Positions 8,970 through 18,046 of a stretch of 64,000 nt of DNA are shown one piece after another. The DNA comes from Kiritimatiellia bacterium (GTDB taxonomy: Bacteria > Verrucomicrobiota > Kiritimatiellia > JAAZAB01), in NCBI GenBank assembly GCA_040767085.1, contig JAXGPF010000003.1, positions 224,001 to 288,000 of the forward strand, read 5' to 3'. The translations under genes were made by a program, and so were the position numbers. A model generated the notes under the pieces. It was not told where the DNA came from. It did not search any database and saw only the letters and a list, made by a program, of their open reading frames with translations. How positions within the stretch are numbered: the stretch's first letter is position 1; each line of letters starts with the position of its first letter.

Positions 8970-9074
8970 GATAATTTTAACAGCGATCTTGCAGGGCTTC
9001 TGCCTGGCGACTTTCGGTACGCACAGGCTGATGGTTTTGAGGTTCTGGAACGTGAAATCATTCCGCGCCTCTAA
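8970..9074 (+). pseudogene. C-terminal remnant of AbiEii nucleotidyltransferase toxin
   Basis: DNFNSDLAGLLPGDFRYAQADGFEVLEREIIPRL* resembles AbiEii C-termini, sits in the expected position and has no start codon. Confidence 0.6.
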
Positions 9075-9233
9075 CCAGTTTAGGGTACAATTAGGGGAAT
9101 TTATAGCCCGTAAACGCCCGAAATTGCCCGGTGTGGCGCAGACGGTATAATACAGCATAACTTGCTTAATATAAACATATTACAATGCAGTTGGCGGGCA
9201 CTTTAGAGGTGGGCGAACAAGCTGCTGGTTCGA

Positions 9234-9277
9234 CTTCCAAGCTGGCTGCGAGGGTTCGATTCCCTTCACCCGCTCCA
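9234..9277 (+). other. attR: 3' half of tRNA-Gly(TCC)
   Basis: CTTCCAA anticodon loop, GCTGG, T-arm GAGGG-TTCGATT-CCCTT, CACCCGC-T-CCA; no D-arm or 5' anticodon strand. Arm-site-like TAGGG repeats near 9080-9097. Confidence 0.85.
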
Positions 9278-9371
9278 CCCTTGCTCCCTCTGATTTGCGT
9301 CAAGTCGCGGTTCCTGCTGTGCCCAGGCAAATCACGAGCTGATCCGATTGACCGGAATGACGAAGCGGGGA

Positions 9372-9655
9372 TGGTTGGCCGGGGATGATCTTGTTGTCCG
9401 AAATTTTTGTGTTGTCAACAAGTTGTATCCTGAACATGCTCAAGAGCCAGACCGAGGCGCAAGGCAAGGCCTTTAAAGAGACCGGCGGGTTAAGCGAGCG
9501 GCTCATGGCCAGGCGCATCGAGGCGCGGGAAAAACGATGCCCCCGTCGCCCGCCTGCCCTTTGTGCGGCCAGCCCATACGCCGGCGCAAGTCGGCCAAAG
9601 GAGATTTCTGGAGGTGCTCTGTATTCCCCGCGTGCAAATGAACCAGGCCGGCATG
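9372..9655 (+). pseudogene. Four-helix-bundle suffix domain protein with topoisomerase-type Zn ribbon, frameshifted with premature stop
   Basis: MLKSQTEAQGKAFKETGGLSERLMARRIEAR, then in a shifted frame CPLCGQPIRRRKSAKGDFWRCSVFPACK*TRPA. Confidence 0.7.
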
Positions 9656-10185
9656 AAAGCAATGGAGAGAACGAACTGCCAGCGCCCCGGGCAGCAGCAC
9701 AATGCTTACGTTCGGAGGCTACATTCCTCCATAAGCCGCAATGCGTCAGGGCTTGATGGTGACGGGCTCGCTGCGGCCGGCCGCCCCATAGCCCTCGGAG
9801 AGAAAAATCCGGAAATTGTACTGGTCGCCCGATCCGCAAGGTCTATCGGCTGCCGGCCAAAGTTGACGACGCCCTTGTCAGCACCCGCCACCAGGTGGAA
9901 CGAACCGCTACTGGTTCCGGTAATGCTCACCTCGCAACGACTGTCCGGCAGGGAGATGTAATTGATAAGAAATCGCTTTTCAGGGTGACCGGGCACACAA
10001 ACCCGCCCGCCGGTGTGTGACCGTACTCATGCAGACAGGCTGACACCGGACTGCAACGCACTTTGATGAAGAAAAATATGCCAAGACGTAATCATACATA
10101 ATGTCAAGTTCGGACTAAAATATTACGAACTAAAAAACAGCTTCAGGCTCATCCATTGCGGGTGGGACTTTTTTTATCTGCCGGC

Positions 10186-10389
10186 GGGCGCATCTGCGAT
10201 TCAGTTTATTCGGCTAAGTGCAACTTTTTGGAGTGCGGCCGGCTACGCCGGATTTTGCGGGTTACATGCAAGCCTATAAACGCGCAGTCGAGCCTGCGCA
10301 CTCCCAAGCCGCTGCGCGGCAGAAGACTGTGCGAAAGGTACGAAAGCGTGCCTGGGCCGGCTTGATTGTACCTGATCGCAGATGCGCCC
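10186..10389. repeat. MITE-like element with 15-bp terminal IR and nested REP-like pair
   Basis: GGGCGCATCTGCGAT (10186-10200) / ATCGCAGATGCGCCC (10375-10389); inner TTGGAGTGCG...CGCACTCCCAA; left end recurs at 27620-27662 (37/43). Confidence 0.7.
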
Positions 10390-10525
10390 CTGCCGGGTGG
10401 ATGAGGGATTCAGAACTTGACAAAGAAATAACAGGGGCGTATTAAAAATGGAGTTTCAAGGATATAAAATGGATGCCGGGTCCGCTGTTTGTAATTTATA
10501 CAAATCTAGAGCTACGGAGGCACTC

Positions 10526-13168
10526 ATGCAGTTCATGAAATTATTGTCCCCCGCGATTGTAGTCAGCCTGGTTGGATTGATGGCGCATACATCTAACGCC
10601 GCCACATGGCACGTCAGCCCCACCGGCAATGATGCCAACGATGGGGCGAGTTGGGCAACGGCAAAACAGACCATCCAGGCAGGCGTGGATGCGGCGGCAT
10701 CTAGCGACACGGTTCTTGTTAACGATGGCACTTACGTCTTGACGGAGCAAATCAACGCCTATGCGCCAATCATTATCCGCAGCGTCAATGGACCGGGAAC
10801 AACAATTGTGGATGGGAATGGACCGGTAACATCCAACCGATGTTTTTACCTGGAAGCAGATTGCACGCTTGATGGTTTTACCGTAACAAACGGACATTCT
10901 CCACAAGGCCAAGCCGGAGGCGGGGTATATTGCGTCAATGAAACTGTTACCATTACCAACTGCATTATCTCGGGAAATACCGCAGAAGAAGGCGGCGGCG
11001 GAACGGTTGGCGGCACGCTGTACAACTGCACGATCTCCGGGAACACAGCTTGGACTGCCGGCGGGGCTTCCGGCGGCGTATTGCACAATTGTACAATTAT
11101 TGAAAACACGGCAAATTACGGCGGCGGAGTTTTCAATGCGACACTGGAAAACTGCACGATCTCCCGAAACTCAGGAGAGTACGGCGGCGGCGCGTCTTAC
11201 TGCACCTTGAACAACTGCACGCTCTCCGGAAACTCAGCCACAATGTGCGGCGGGGGAGCGTATTCTCTGGAGCATGCCTATACCTTGAACAACTGTACGC
11301 TTTCCGGGAATACAGCGGGGGAGAGCGGCGGCGGCGCGTATTACTGTGCCTTGAACAACTGCACGCTCTCCGGAAACTCGGCCGCAGTCAACGGCGGCGG
11401 GGCTTGTTACAGTTCATTGAACAACTGCATTGTGTATCATAATCCAGGGAGCGACATTCATGCGTCCACAGTGAAATACACCTGTTCGCCTGATGCAGCG
11501 GCGGGCTCCGATGGCAATATAACCAATGCGCCGCTGTTCATTGATGCCAACAACGGAAATTACAGGCTGTCGGCCGGTTCGCCATGCATTAACGCCGGAC
11601 ATAACTCCATGGCGCCTACAAATATCACCCCGCGGGATCTGGACGGGAATTTGCGAATTTGGGATGGCACAGTTGATATGGGGGCATACGAATACGGATC
11701 TTTATCCGGCCCGCTGGGCGTTTCCGCATCCGATGGCGCCTGCGCCGACAAGGTACGCTTGACGTGGAATGCTCACCCTAACGCCACCGGCTATGAGGTA
11801 TGGCGCAACAGCAACGACAACGCTGGCGCAGCCAGCCAGCTTGCGGCGGAAACCGGCACAATCCATGATGATACCGCCGCGGATGCGGGAGTTATATATT
11901 ATTACTGGGTCAAAGCGACAAATACCGCCGGCATCAGCGAGTTTAGCGTATCGGACAGCGGCTGGCGCAGCCAGGCCGCCGAGATTACCGCGCAACCCCA
12001 ATCCCTGATCAGAAATGAAGGCGAACCCGCGAGTTTTTCAATAACGGCCACTGGCTCTGAACCGCTTTATTTCCAATGGCAGAAGGATGGTTCAAATATT
12101 TCGGCTGCGAATGCCGCCACGCATGATATTGCCGCACTGACATTAGGTGATGCCGGGGAATTTCGTTGCATAGTGAGCAATCTCGCCAGTGCCGTTACCA
12201 GCACAATTGCTTCTCTTACTGTAATCCCTATGGAAACTGCAGCCGCGCCGGCATTCAATCCTGACGGCGGGGCGCATCCCGGCTTCAGCGTAAACGTAAC
12301 GATAACCTGTGCGACCGACGGCGCCACAATTCACTACACAAACAACGGCAATGAACCCACAACCAACAGCGCGACAGTGGCCTCCGGCGGTTCCGTGTCG
12401 TTATCGCTTCCCGGCACGCTCAAGGCGAAAGCGTGGAAGACAGGCATGCATCCGAGCGCAGTGAAATCTGCAAGATACACAGCAGCGCCCCAGCCGCCAG
12501 CCGCACCCGTGAACGTATCCGCATCCGATGGCGTATTCACAAATAAACTCACCGTTGAATGGACTGTAGCGGATGGCGCAACTGGCTACCGGATATTCCG
12601 GCATACCTCCAACCACTACGCCGCTGCCGAAGAGATTGGAACGTCTTCCAGAACAACATACGACGATATGACTGCCAGGGCGAATAAAACATATTATTAC
12701 TGGGTCAAGGCGGTCAATGCCGCCGGAGCCAGCGCCTTCAGCACCCCCGACACCGGCTATCTTGGTGTAATCGGTCCGTTAGTTACGGCAAATGGCATGG
12801 CGGGCGACAACATCCGTATCCGCACGACGGATCCCGTTACCATAGCCGTGGAAATGATGAATCTACCTGTTGAATACCTTGGCTTAAACATTGACTGGTG
12901 GGTAGCGGCATACGTCCAGAATGGCGGGTTATGGTTTTATTTTGACAGCGCCTTTAATCTGACGCCATTCGATGGGAATCCGGCTAATTGCCATCCCGCC
13001 TACCAGGGGCCGCTGTATGAAGTGCCGTCGCAAACGCTGGTTGAAAACATGCTCCTGCCGCCCGGGACGTACAACGTCTGGTTTGCCGTGGATTATCCCA
13101 TGGATGGGGTGTTGAATTTGACTCCGGGATATTACTTGATGGATTCCGTGACCGTGGTGGTGGAATAA
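10526..13168 (+). CDS. Secreted multidomain surface protein (beta-helix, choice-of-anchor-Q-like, Fn3, Ig, Fn3-associated, C-terminal domain)
   Basis: GGAGG RBS before ATG 10526, signal peptide, repeated LNNCTLSGNSA/GGGA units, YRLSAGSPCINAG...VDMGAYEY, two YYYWVKA Fn3 motifs. Confidence 0.88.
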   Translation: MQFMKLLSPAIVVSLVGLMAHTSNAATWHVSPTGNDANDGASWATAKQTIQAGVDAAASSDTVLVNDGTYVLTEQINAYAPIIIRSVNGPGTTIVDGNGPVTSNRCFYLEADCTLDGFTVTNGHSPQGQAGGGVYCVNETVTITNCIISGNTAEEGGGGTVGGTLYNCTISGNTAWTAGGASGGVLHNCTIIENTANYGGGVFNATLENCTISRNSGEYGGGASYCTLNNCTLSGNSATMCGGGAYSLEHAYTLNNCTLSGNTAGESGGGAYYCALNNCTLSGNSAAVNGGGACYSSLNNCIVYHNPGSDIHASTVKYTCSPDAAAGSDGNITNAPLFIDANNGNYRLSAGSPCINAGHNSMAPTNITPRDLDGNLRIWDGTVDMGAYEYGSLSGPLGVSASDGACADKVRLTWNAHPNATGYEVWRNSNDNAGAASQLAAETGTIHDDTAADAGVIYYYWVKATNTAGISEFSVSDSGWRSQAAEITAQPQSLIRNEGEPASFSITATGSEPLYFQWQKDGSNISAANAATHDIAALTLGDAGEFRCIVSNLASAVTSTIASLTVIPMETAAAPAFNPDGGAHPGFSVNVTITCATDGATIHYTNNGNEPTTNSATVASGGSVSLSLPGTLKAKAWKTGMHPSAVKSARYTAAPQPPAAPVNVSASDGVFTNKLTVEWTVADGATGYRIFRHTSNHYAAAEEIGTSSRTTYDDMTARANKTYYYWVKAVNAAGASAFSTPDTGYLGVIGPLVTANGMAGDNIRIRTTDPVTIAVEMMNLPVEYLGLNIDWWVAAYVQNGGLWFYFDSAFNLTPFDGNPANCHPAYQGPLYEVPSQTLVENMLLPPGTYNVWFAVDYPMDGVLNLTPGYYLMDSVTVVVE

Positions 13169-13269
13169 CACGTTAGGGGTCCTGTATTATCAGGGCTGCC
13201 CCTACTCTTTCTTGAATTTTGCCGCATTGTATTCTATATTAAACGCATTCATTACCAACAGGAGCAACC

Positions 13270-13629
13270 ATGGCTTACGAACTGACTGGAAAAATAAAAC
13301 TGATTAATGACGTCCAGACCTTTGAGTCCGGGTTCACCAAACGCGAATTCGTCGTGACCGTGGAGGACGGTAAATATCCGCAGGAGATTGCCCTGGAATG
13401 CATCAAGGATAAAACGCAATTACTTGACAATTTCAAAGCAGGTCAGGCGGTGAACGTGACTTTCGATATTCGCGGACGGGAATACAATGGGCGCTATTTT
13501 AACAACCTGCAGGCCTGGCGTATAGAAGCGGCCGGGGATGCCGCGCCCGATGCGGATGACGGGGACCGCCCGCCAATCCGCGAAGAGCTTGCCCCCCACG
13601 ACAATCTTAACGGTGTTCCGCCGTTCTAA
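13270..13629 (+). CDS. DUF3127 OB-fold protein (SSB-like, acidic tail ending PF)
   Basis: FTKREFVV...KYPQ...FDIRGREYNGRYFNNLQAWRI; AGGAG RBS. Confidence 0.88.
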   Translation: MAYELTGKIKLINDVQTFESGFTKREFVVTVEDGKYPQEIALECIKDKTQLLDNFKAGQAVNVTFDIRGREYNGRYFNNLQAWRIEAAGDAAPDADDGDRPPIREELAPHDNLNGVPPF

Positions 13630-13710
13630 GGCGCGCATGCTGAGCCGGCTTAACGGCCGGCCGGCATCCTCCAGCTACGCCGTATTTCCACCGCTGCCAG
13701 TTTGGCCATT

Positions 13711-14757
13711 TCACCCTGGAATCTGTTGGGCAGGCCGCGTGGTGCCGCGCAACAACAAACGGGCCGGACAGGGCATCACACGCGGCGGCGCCTTGTTTTC
13801 CATCATTTCCATCAGCAGTCCTATGCCCTGTTCCGCCATTTCCACCGTCGGCAACTGCACACACGACAAGGGTGGAACGCACAAATCCGCCAGCGGCCGG
13901 TCGCCATAGGCAATGATTTCGACATCGCGGGGCACCTGCACGCCGTTTCCCCGCAGCACATGCACCATGCCCATGGCGCAGACGGTATCGGAACAAAACA
14001 CCGCCATGGGGCGCGGGTTCGTCCGCAGCAGCCGCTCGGCCGCCGCATATCCCCGGGCCATCGGCGTAAGATCGGGATCATTAATCACCGCCACCGACGT
14101 CCATGGGATGCCGCGCCGCTGCAGCGCCTTGCGGGCAATCGCCATCTTGATTTGAAAACGTTCGGACTGGGTTTCACCCCGCACAAAGGCGATGTTGCGG
14201 TGTCCATTGCCGACAAAATGTTCCATGGCTTGCACAACTCCCGGCCCGGGATCAACCACGATGGATGCCGCCAAAGCCGGGCTGGCTTTACAATCCAGCG
14301 CCATCACGGGGACCGGAGCCGACCAACCGCGCAGCATCCGGCGCAGGTCCCGCTCGGTCCAGCCGAGAAACACCAGCGCGTCATTTTCATTGGAAGCCGC
14401 ATGCAGCGCGCGGCGGCAATCCTTCGGATTCAGCGTCACCACATTCATGGCGTAACGTTGCTGGCCCAGCCGTCCGGCCAATTCGGCCAGCAATGCGTGA
14501 TAACTGAACGCGCCGATCACGGGGCGGCTGATGAAAGCCTGGGAAATGCACAGCGCGACCCGGAAATGCCGGCGCAATACCAGGCTGCGCGCCGCCGGAT
14601 TGCCGGTGTAACCATGCCGGGCCGCGAGCGCCTGAATGTTTATGGCTATGTCCGGCCGTACCTTTTTGCGCCACTTGCCGTTAAGCACCAGCGAAACCGT
14701 CGCCGGCGACATGCCAACTTCCCGGGCGATATCGCATATTCCATAGCGCTTGTTCAT
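13711..14757 (-). CDS. LacI-family transcriptional regulator
   Basis: ICDIAREVGMSPATVSLVLNG HTH; VPRDVEIIAYGD...PPLSCVQLP. Confidence 0.92.
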   Translation of the reverse strand: MNKRYGICDIAREVGMSPATVSLVLNGKWRKKVRPDIAINIQALAARHGYTGNPAARSLVLRRHFRVALCISQAFISRPVIGAFSYHALLAELAGRLGQQRYAMNVVTLNPKDCRRALHAASNENDALVFLGWTERDLRRMLRGWSAPVPVMALDCKASPALAASIVVDPGPGVVQAMEHFVGNGHRNIAFVRGETQSERFQIKMAIARKALQRRGIPWTSVAVINDPDLTPMARGYAAAERLLRTNPRPMAVFCSDTVCAMGMVHVLRGNGVQVPRDVEIIAYGDRPLADLCVPPLSCVQLPTVEMAEQGIGLLMEMMENKAPPRVMPCPARLLLRGTTRPAQQIPG

Positions 14758-14772
14758 GTAGTTTTGCTTTCA

Positions 14773-16332
14773 TCACTGCAGGCGCAGCAATCCGGCGGCG
14801 TTGCCGTATAAAACGCGCTGCTGCTCATCCGCCTCCAGTGCAGCGCAATCCACCCGTCCGCGCTCGTAACCGAAATCGAATATCGGGTAATCCGATCCGT
14901 AAATTACCCGGTCAATCCCGGCCGTTTTAACCAGCCATTCCACCACACCCGGCACCATCCGGCTGGAGCCGAGATCCAGAAACAGATTGGGATGATCGCG
15001 GCAGGCGTCGGCCAGCTCGCGTCCGACGCCATCGCGCAGATTTATTCCCCCGGCATGCGCCGCCAGAAATTTCGCGTTGGGATAACGCACGCACATATTC
15101 CGCCAGACAGCCGGCTTGTCGCCGGCATGGATCAAGATCGGCCAGCCGCGCCGGTCGGCGTATTCCAGGGCCGCGGCATAACCTTCATCCGCCAAAGTGG
15201 TATTGTGAACATCGGCATGGAATTTGAAGCCGCGAAATGACGGATTTTCGCCGTACAACTTGATTTCGTCCCGTATTTCCGCCTGGTGCTTGGGGTCAAC
15301 GGTAATATAGCCGAACAGGCGTTCCGGATAACGCCGGCACGCCGCGGCCACTTCGGCATTGCCCGCGCGGGCCGCGCCGTAACAGGCGTCAATGGAAGTC
15401 AGTACCGCCTTGTCAATCCCGCAACGATTCATTTCGCCGATCATGCCGTCGGCATCGCCCGGGCCGCAATATGAATGCTGCCAGCGGCCGTAATGCACAT
15501 GCATGTCAATGGCGGGATATGCCGTGAAAAAGGCTTGGGTGGACTTTGAGGAAACCGGCTTTAACCCGAGCAACCGGCGCAGATTGGCGCCCAGAATGTT
15601 TTGGCGATCGGCGTCCGACAAAGCGGCCAAAGCCGTCTGCGACAAGACGCCGCCGGCGAAGACCACGGGGCTGTTGCTGCCGAACAACAGGCGCGTGCCG
15701 AATCCGCGCCGGCACAGCCGTTCCAATTCGCCCGGCACATTCAACCGGCTGATTTCCAGGTTAAGATTAGGGCATTCCTCAAGCAACCGGACATACAGGC
15801 GCGGCGCGATGGCGGCGGGCCCGACCACCGCCACCGGCAGCGCGGGATACGCCTGGCACAAGTCGCGGATGCCTTCCCAGTCAATGGATTCATCGCTCCA
15901 ATGGGTGGTTTCATAATCCACGAACAAAAGCGGGTGCGGCTGCTGGAGAAGGCTTTCAGCGATGCCGGCCAGGCACCATGGGCGGACGGGAAAATGCCCG
16001 GCGCGCGGGAAAACGCGCCCGCATGAAATGTTTTCGCGGCGCATGATTACAAGCGCGGCATCCAGCGATAGTGCTTCTGGAACCAAGGTCAGGCACGGAT
16101 GCAGCCGGGGCCTGCCGGCGATGTCGGCCCGCAGCAGGCGGTTGCCCAGGTCGGGCCCGCATTCGCGCGCCAGCACACTGTAAACCAGCGCTTCCCCGAT
16201 GCCCGCGCGGTCCAGGTAACCCAGCAATTCATCCGCGGTTTGAAGAGCCGGATACATTCCGGCTGCAAATCGGCCCAGCCCGATATTGGCGTCAAACACC
16301 GCGCTTTTATTCCATTCCATTTGTTGCTTCAT
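14773..16332 (-). CDS. Amidohydrolase with two tandem Amidohydro_2-type domains
   Basis: IDMHVHYG, FKFH, ILIH, AAHAGG, VIYGSDYP in domain 2; LLFGSNSP in domain 1. Confidence 0.85.
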   Translation of the reverse strand: MKQQMEWNKSAVFDANIGLGRFAAGMYPALQTADELLGYLDRAGIGEALVYSVLARECGPDLGNRLLRADIAGRPRLHPCLTLVPEALSLDAALVIMRRENISCGRVFPRAGHFPVRPWCLAGIAESLLQQPHPLLFVDYETTHWSDESIDWEGIRDLCQAYPALPVAVVGPAAIAPRLYVRLLEECPNLNLEISRLNVPGELERLCRRGFGTRLLFGSNSPVVFAGGVLSQTALAALSDADRQNILGANLRRLLGLKPVSSKSTQAFFTAYPAIDMHVHYGRWQHSYCGPGDADGMIGEMNRCGIDKAVLTSIDACYGAARAGNAEVAAACRRYPERLFGYITVDPKHQAEIRDEIKLYGENPSFRGFKFHADVHNTTLADEGYAAALEYADRRGWPILIHAGDKPAVWRNMCVRYPNAKFLAAHAGGINLRDGVGRELADACRDHPNLFLDLGSSRMVPGVVEWLVKTAGIDRVIYGSDYPIFDFGYERGRVDCAALEADEQQRVLYGNAAGLLRLQ

Positions 16333-16421
16333 GCTGGCGTTTTCCGGGCTGTCATTTGTAAAAATCTTTGCGCCTTGCCCCGCGTCAAACTTGAGCGGGG
16401 TAAAATTCGGGTAATATCAGG

Positions 16422-17564
16422 TCAAAATCTGATTTCCCACAAATACCCGCTGCGGTACGGGTTGTCGTTTTCCCCGGCGTAAATCACGCCGTCGGGCGTG
16501 ATGGCCACGTCATGCACCTGCCAGCAGACATCTTCACCGGCGCGCACTGCGCCCAGCAGTTCGTATTTTTCGGCGCGCGGATCGAATTTTATCGCCTGAC
16601 AGGCGCCATCGCGGCCCACTACCCCATACGCCATGCCATCCGGCCCCAGGCGCAGCGACGCCAGCCGGCTGCGCCGATCCGTGATCGGGGTTCCGATCAG
16701 CTTGCCCATGCCGCTATCCGGGTCAACGCGGTAGATGGACCCATTCCCGCCGCTGGCGAACAGTTTGCCCGGCCCGAGATTGAAGATTCCTTCCACCTTG
16801 GCGTATCCGTAAGCGCCGTCCGGGCGCGGCAGGCCGGCGTTGAAATATATGATTTTATCCTGGCGGACGTCATACCGGCACAGCCGGTGCGAATCGGCGC
16901 CGGGCTGCATTTGCCAGGCGCGGGTTAGCGACCATCCGCTCCACGCATTGCCGGCATCATCCAATTCGATGTTTTCCCCCTGCCCCATAGCCATGCCGCT
17001 GCCGATCGGTCCGAGATCCCGCGACTCGCCCGTTGCCAGGTCATACCGAAACATGCGTTCGGGGGTAAAAGTGTTGCCGTAAATCGCATTGCGTTTCTGA
17101 TCCAGGCATATGGCCTGGATGTAATGGTGCGGCAGGGGAATCGCCAGTTTTTGAATAGCGCCGCTGGCGGGATCGTAGCGCACAACCGAGCCGCCCGGGG
17201 CTTCCCAGTAGCGGTCAATGTCATGCAACAACGCCGTGGCGGCATACAGGCAGCCGTCCTTGTCGCGCAATTCAAGCGACCGGTGGAATTTGGCGTCAAA
17301 CGGGTTGCGGATGCGCGCGTAGCCGCAATCCACGAATTTTTGCGAACTGCGGTCGTAGGCGTAAAAGATATCCGCCGCGAAGGATGTTATGCCGCAATAC
17401 ACCCGGTCGGTTGCGGGAACATGGCGGCAGCAGTCGAAACTGATCCAGCCTTTGCGCCATTTTTCGTTTGTAATAAAATCGTCGTAATTCCAGCGATCCA
17501 GAACTTCCGTGTTCCACTGATCGCCAAACCGTTCATCCAACAATTTTAACGCTTGTATTTGCAT
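16422..17564 (-). CDS. Hypothetical beta-propeller protein
   Basis: GAGGAG RBS before ATG 17564; repeated RYDP/GPDG/TPDG blade motifs. Confidence 0.75.
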   Translation of the reverse strand: MQIQALKLLDERFGDQWNTEVLDRWNYDDFITNEKWRKGWISFDCCRHVPATDRVYCGITSFAADIFYAYDRSSQKFVDCGYARIRNPFDAKFHRSLELRDKDGCLYAATALLHDIDRYWEAPGGSVVRYDPASGAIQKLAIPLPHHYIQAICLDQKRNAIYGNTFTPERMFRYDLATGESRDLGPIGSGMAMGQGENIELDDAGNAWSGWSLTRAWQMQPGADSHRLCRYDVRQDKIIYFNAGLPRPDGAYGYAKVEGIFNLGPGKLFASGGNGSIYRVDPDSGMGKLIGTPITDRRSRLASLRLGPDGMAYGVVGRDGACQAIKFDPRAEKYELLGAVRAGEDVCWQVHDVAITPDGVIYAGENDNPYRSGYLWEIRF

Positions 17565-17595
17565 TACATTTCTCCTCGTTACTGAATCCGGAATA

Positions 17596-17672
17596 TTATC
17601 CACAACAGAAAGCAAAGATCACAAAGACCGAATTATTTTCTTAGTTTTCCTTGTGATCTTTCGTGGTGAATT
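17596..17672. repeat. ACCACG-family palindromic repeat unit
   Basis: AAAGATCACAA / TTGTGATCTTT inverted pair ending in CGTGGTGAAT. Confidence 0.55.
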
Positions 17673-17886
17673 TTTCCGAACACCTCATCGCCACGCTCCA
17701 GATCACTGCTGATAGCGTCCAAGGCGCCGAAAAAATCGTCAAACACATCCGCCAGGGCCAACGCGGCGGCACACTCGTCATGCGGTAATTGGATCCGATG
17801 AGACCACGCGCAATGCCGGCCCGCCGTATACATACTCGAAAGTCTTCTGTTGGCGCATTTGCATACGGCCCCTTTTGAAAACTAAG

Positions 17887-17902
17887 GTTAAAACGTTTTA
17901 AC
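17887..17902. promoter_or_regulatory. LacI-type operator for the 17564-13711 operon
   Basis: Perfect 16-bp CG-centred palindrome GTTAAAACGTTTTAAC just downstream of a minus-strand TTGACG (17934-17939). Confidence 0.7.
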
Positions 17903-18046
17903 TAAAAGTAAAAAGTAGCAGTTTTTCTGCATTCGTCAAGCATTTATTTTATGGGCCGGCTAAAGGGATGGCCGGAGCGGCTGGATTCACGCGCGACGTA
18001 ACTGGGGACGGTCGGGGTTCCGGCGGTCAGCCGCGGCGCCGCCGGC

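Larger units (their letters stand above)
1..9277. mobile_element. Right part of an integrative phage-satellite-like element inserted at tRNA-Gly(TCC); left end and integrase lie upstream of the window
   Basis: cro-xis-primase-helicase module, second xis-like gene, AbiE remnant, visibly lower GC than the gyrBA region, and a terminal tRNA-Gly 3' half at 9234-9277. Confidence 0.8.

Noticed and set aside
9194-9277. Intact tRNA-Gly
   Set aside because: GCGGGCA at 9194 pairs only 5/7 with the acceptor 3' strand; there is no D-arm and no CCAGC 5' anticodon strand, so only the 3' half is real.
9706-9996. ORF 9706-9996 (-)
   Set aside because: No clear start or family; possibly a fragment, but unsupported.
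11190-11435. CRISPR-like or DGR repeats (TTGAACAACTGCACGCTCTCCGGAAACTC)
   Set aside because: These are in-frame coding repeats of the beta-helix; no cas or RT genes.
17633-17833. 66-aa ORF in the operon leader
   Set aside because: It runs into a palindromic repeat and has no recognisable homology.
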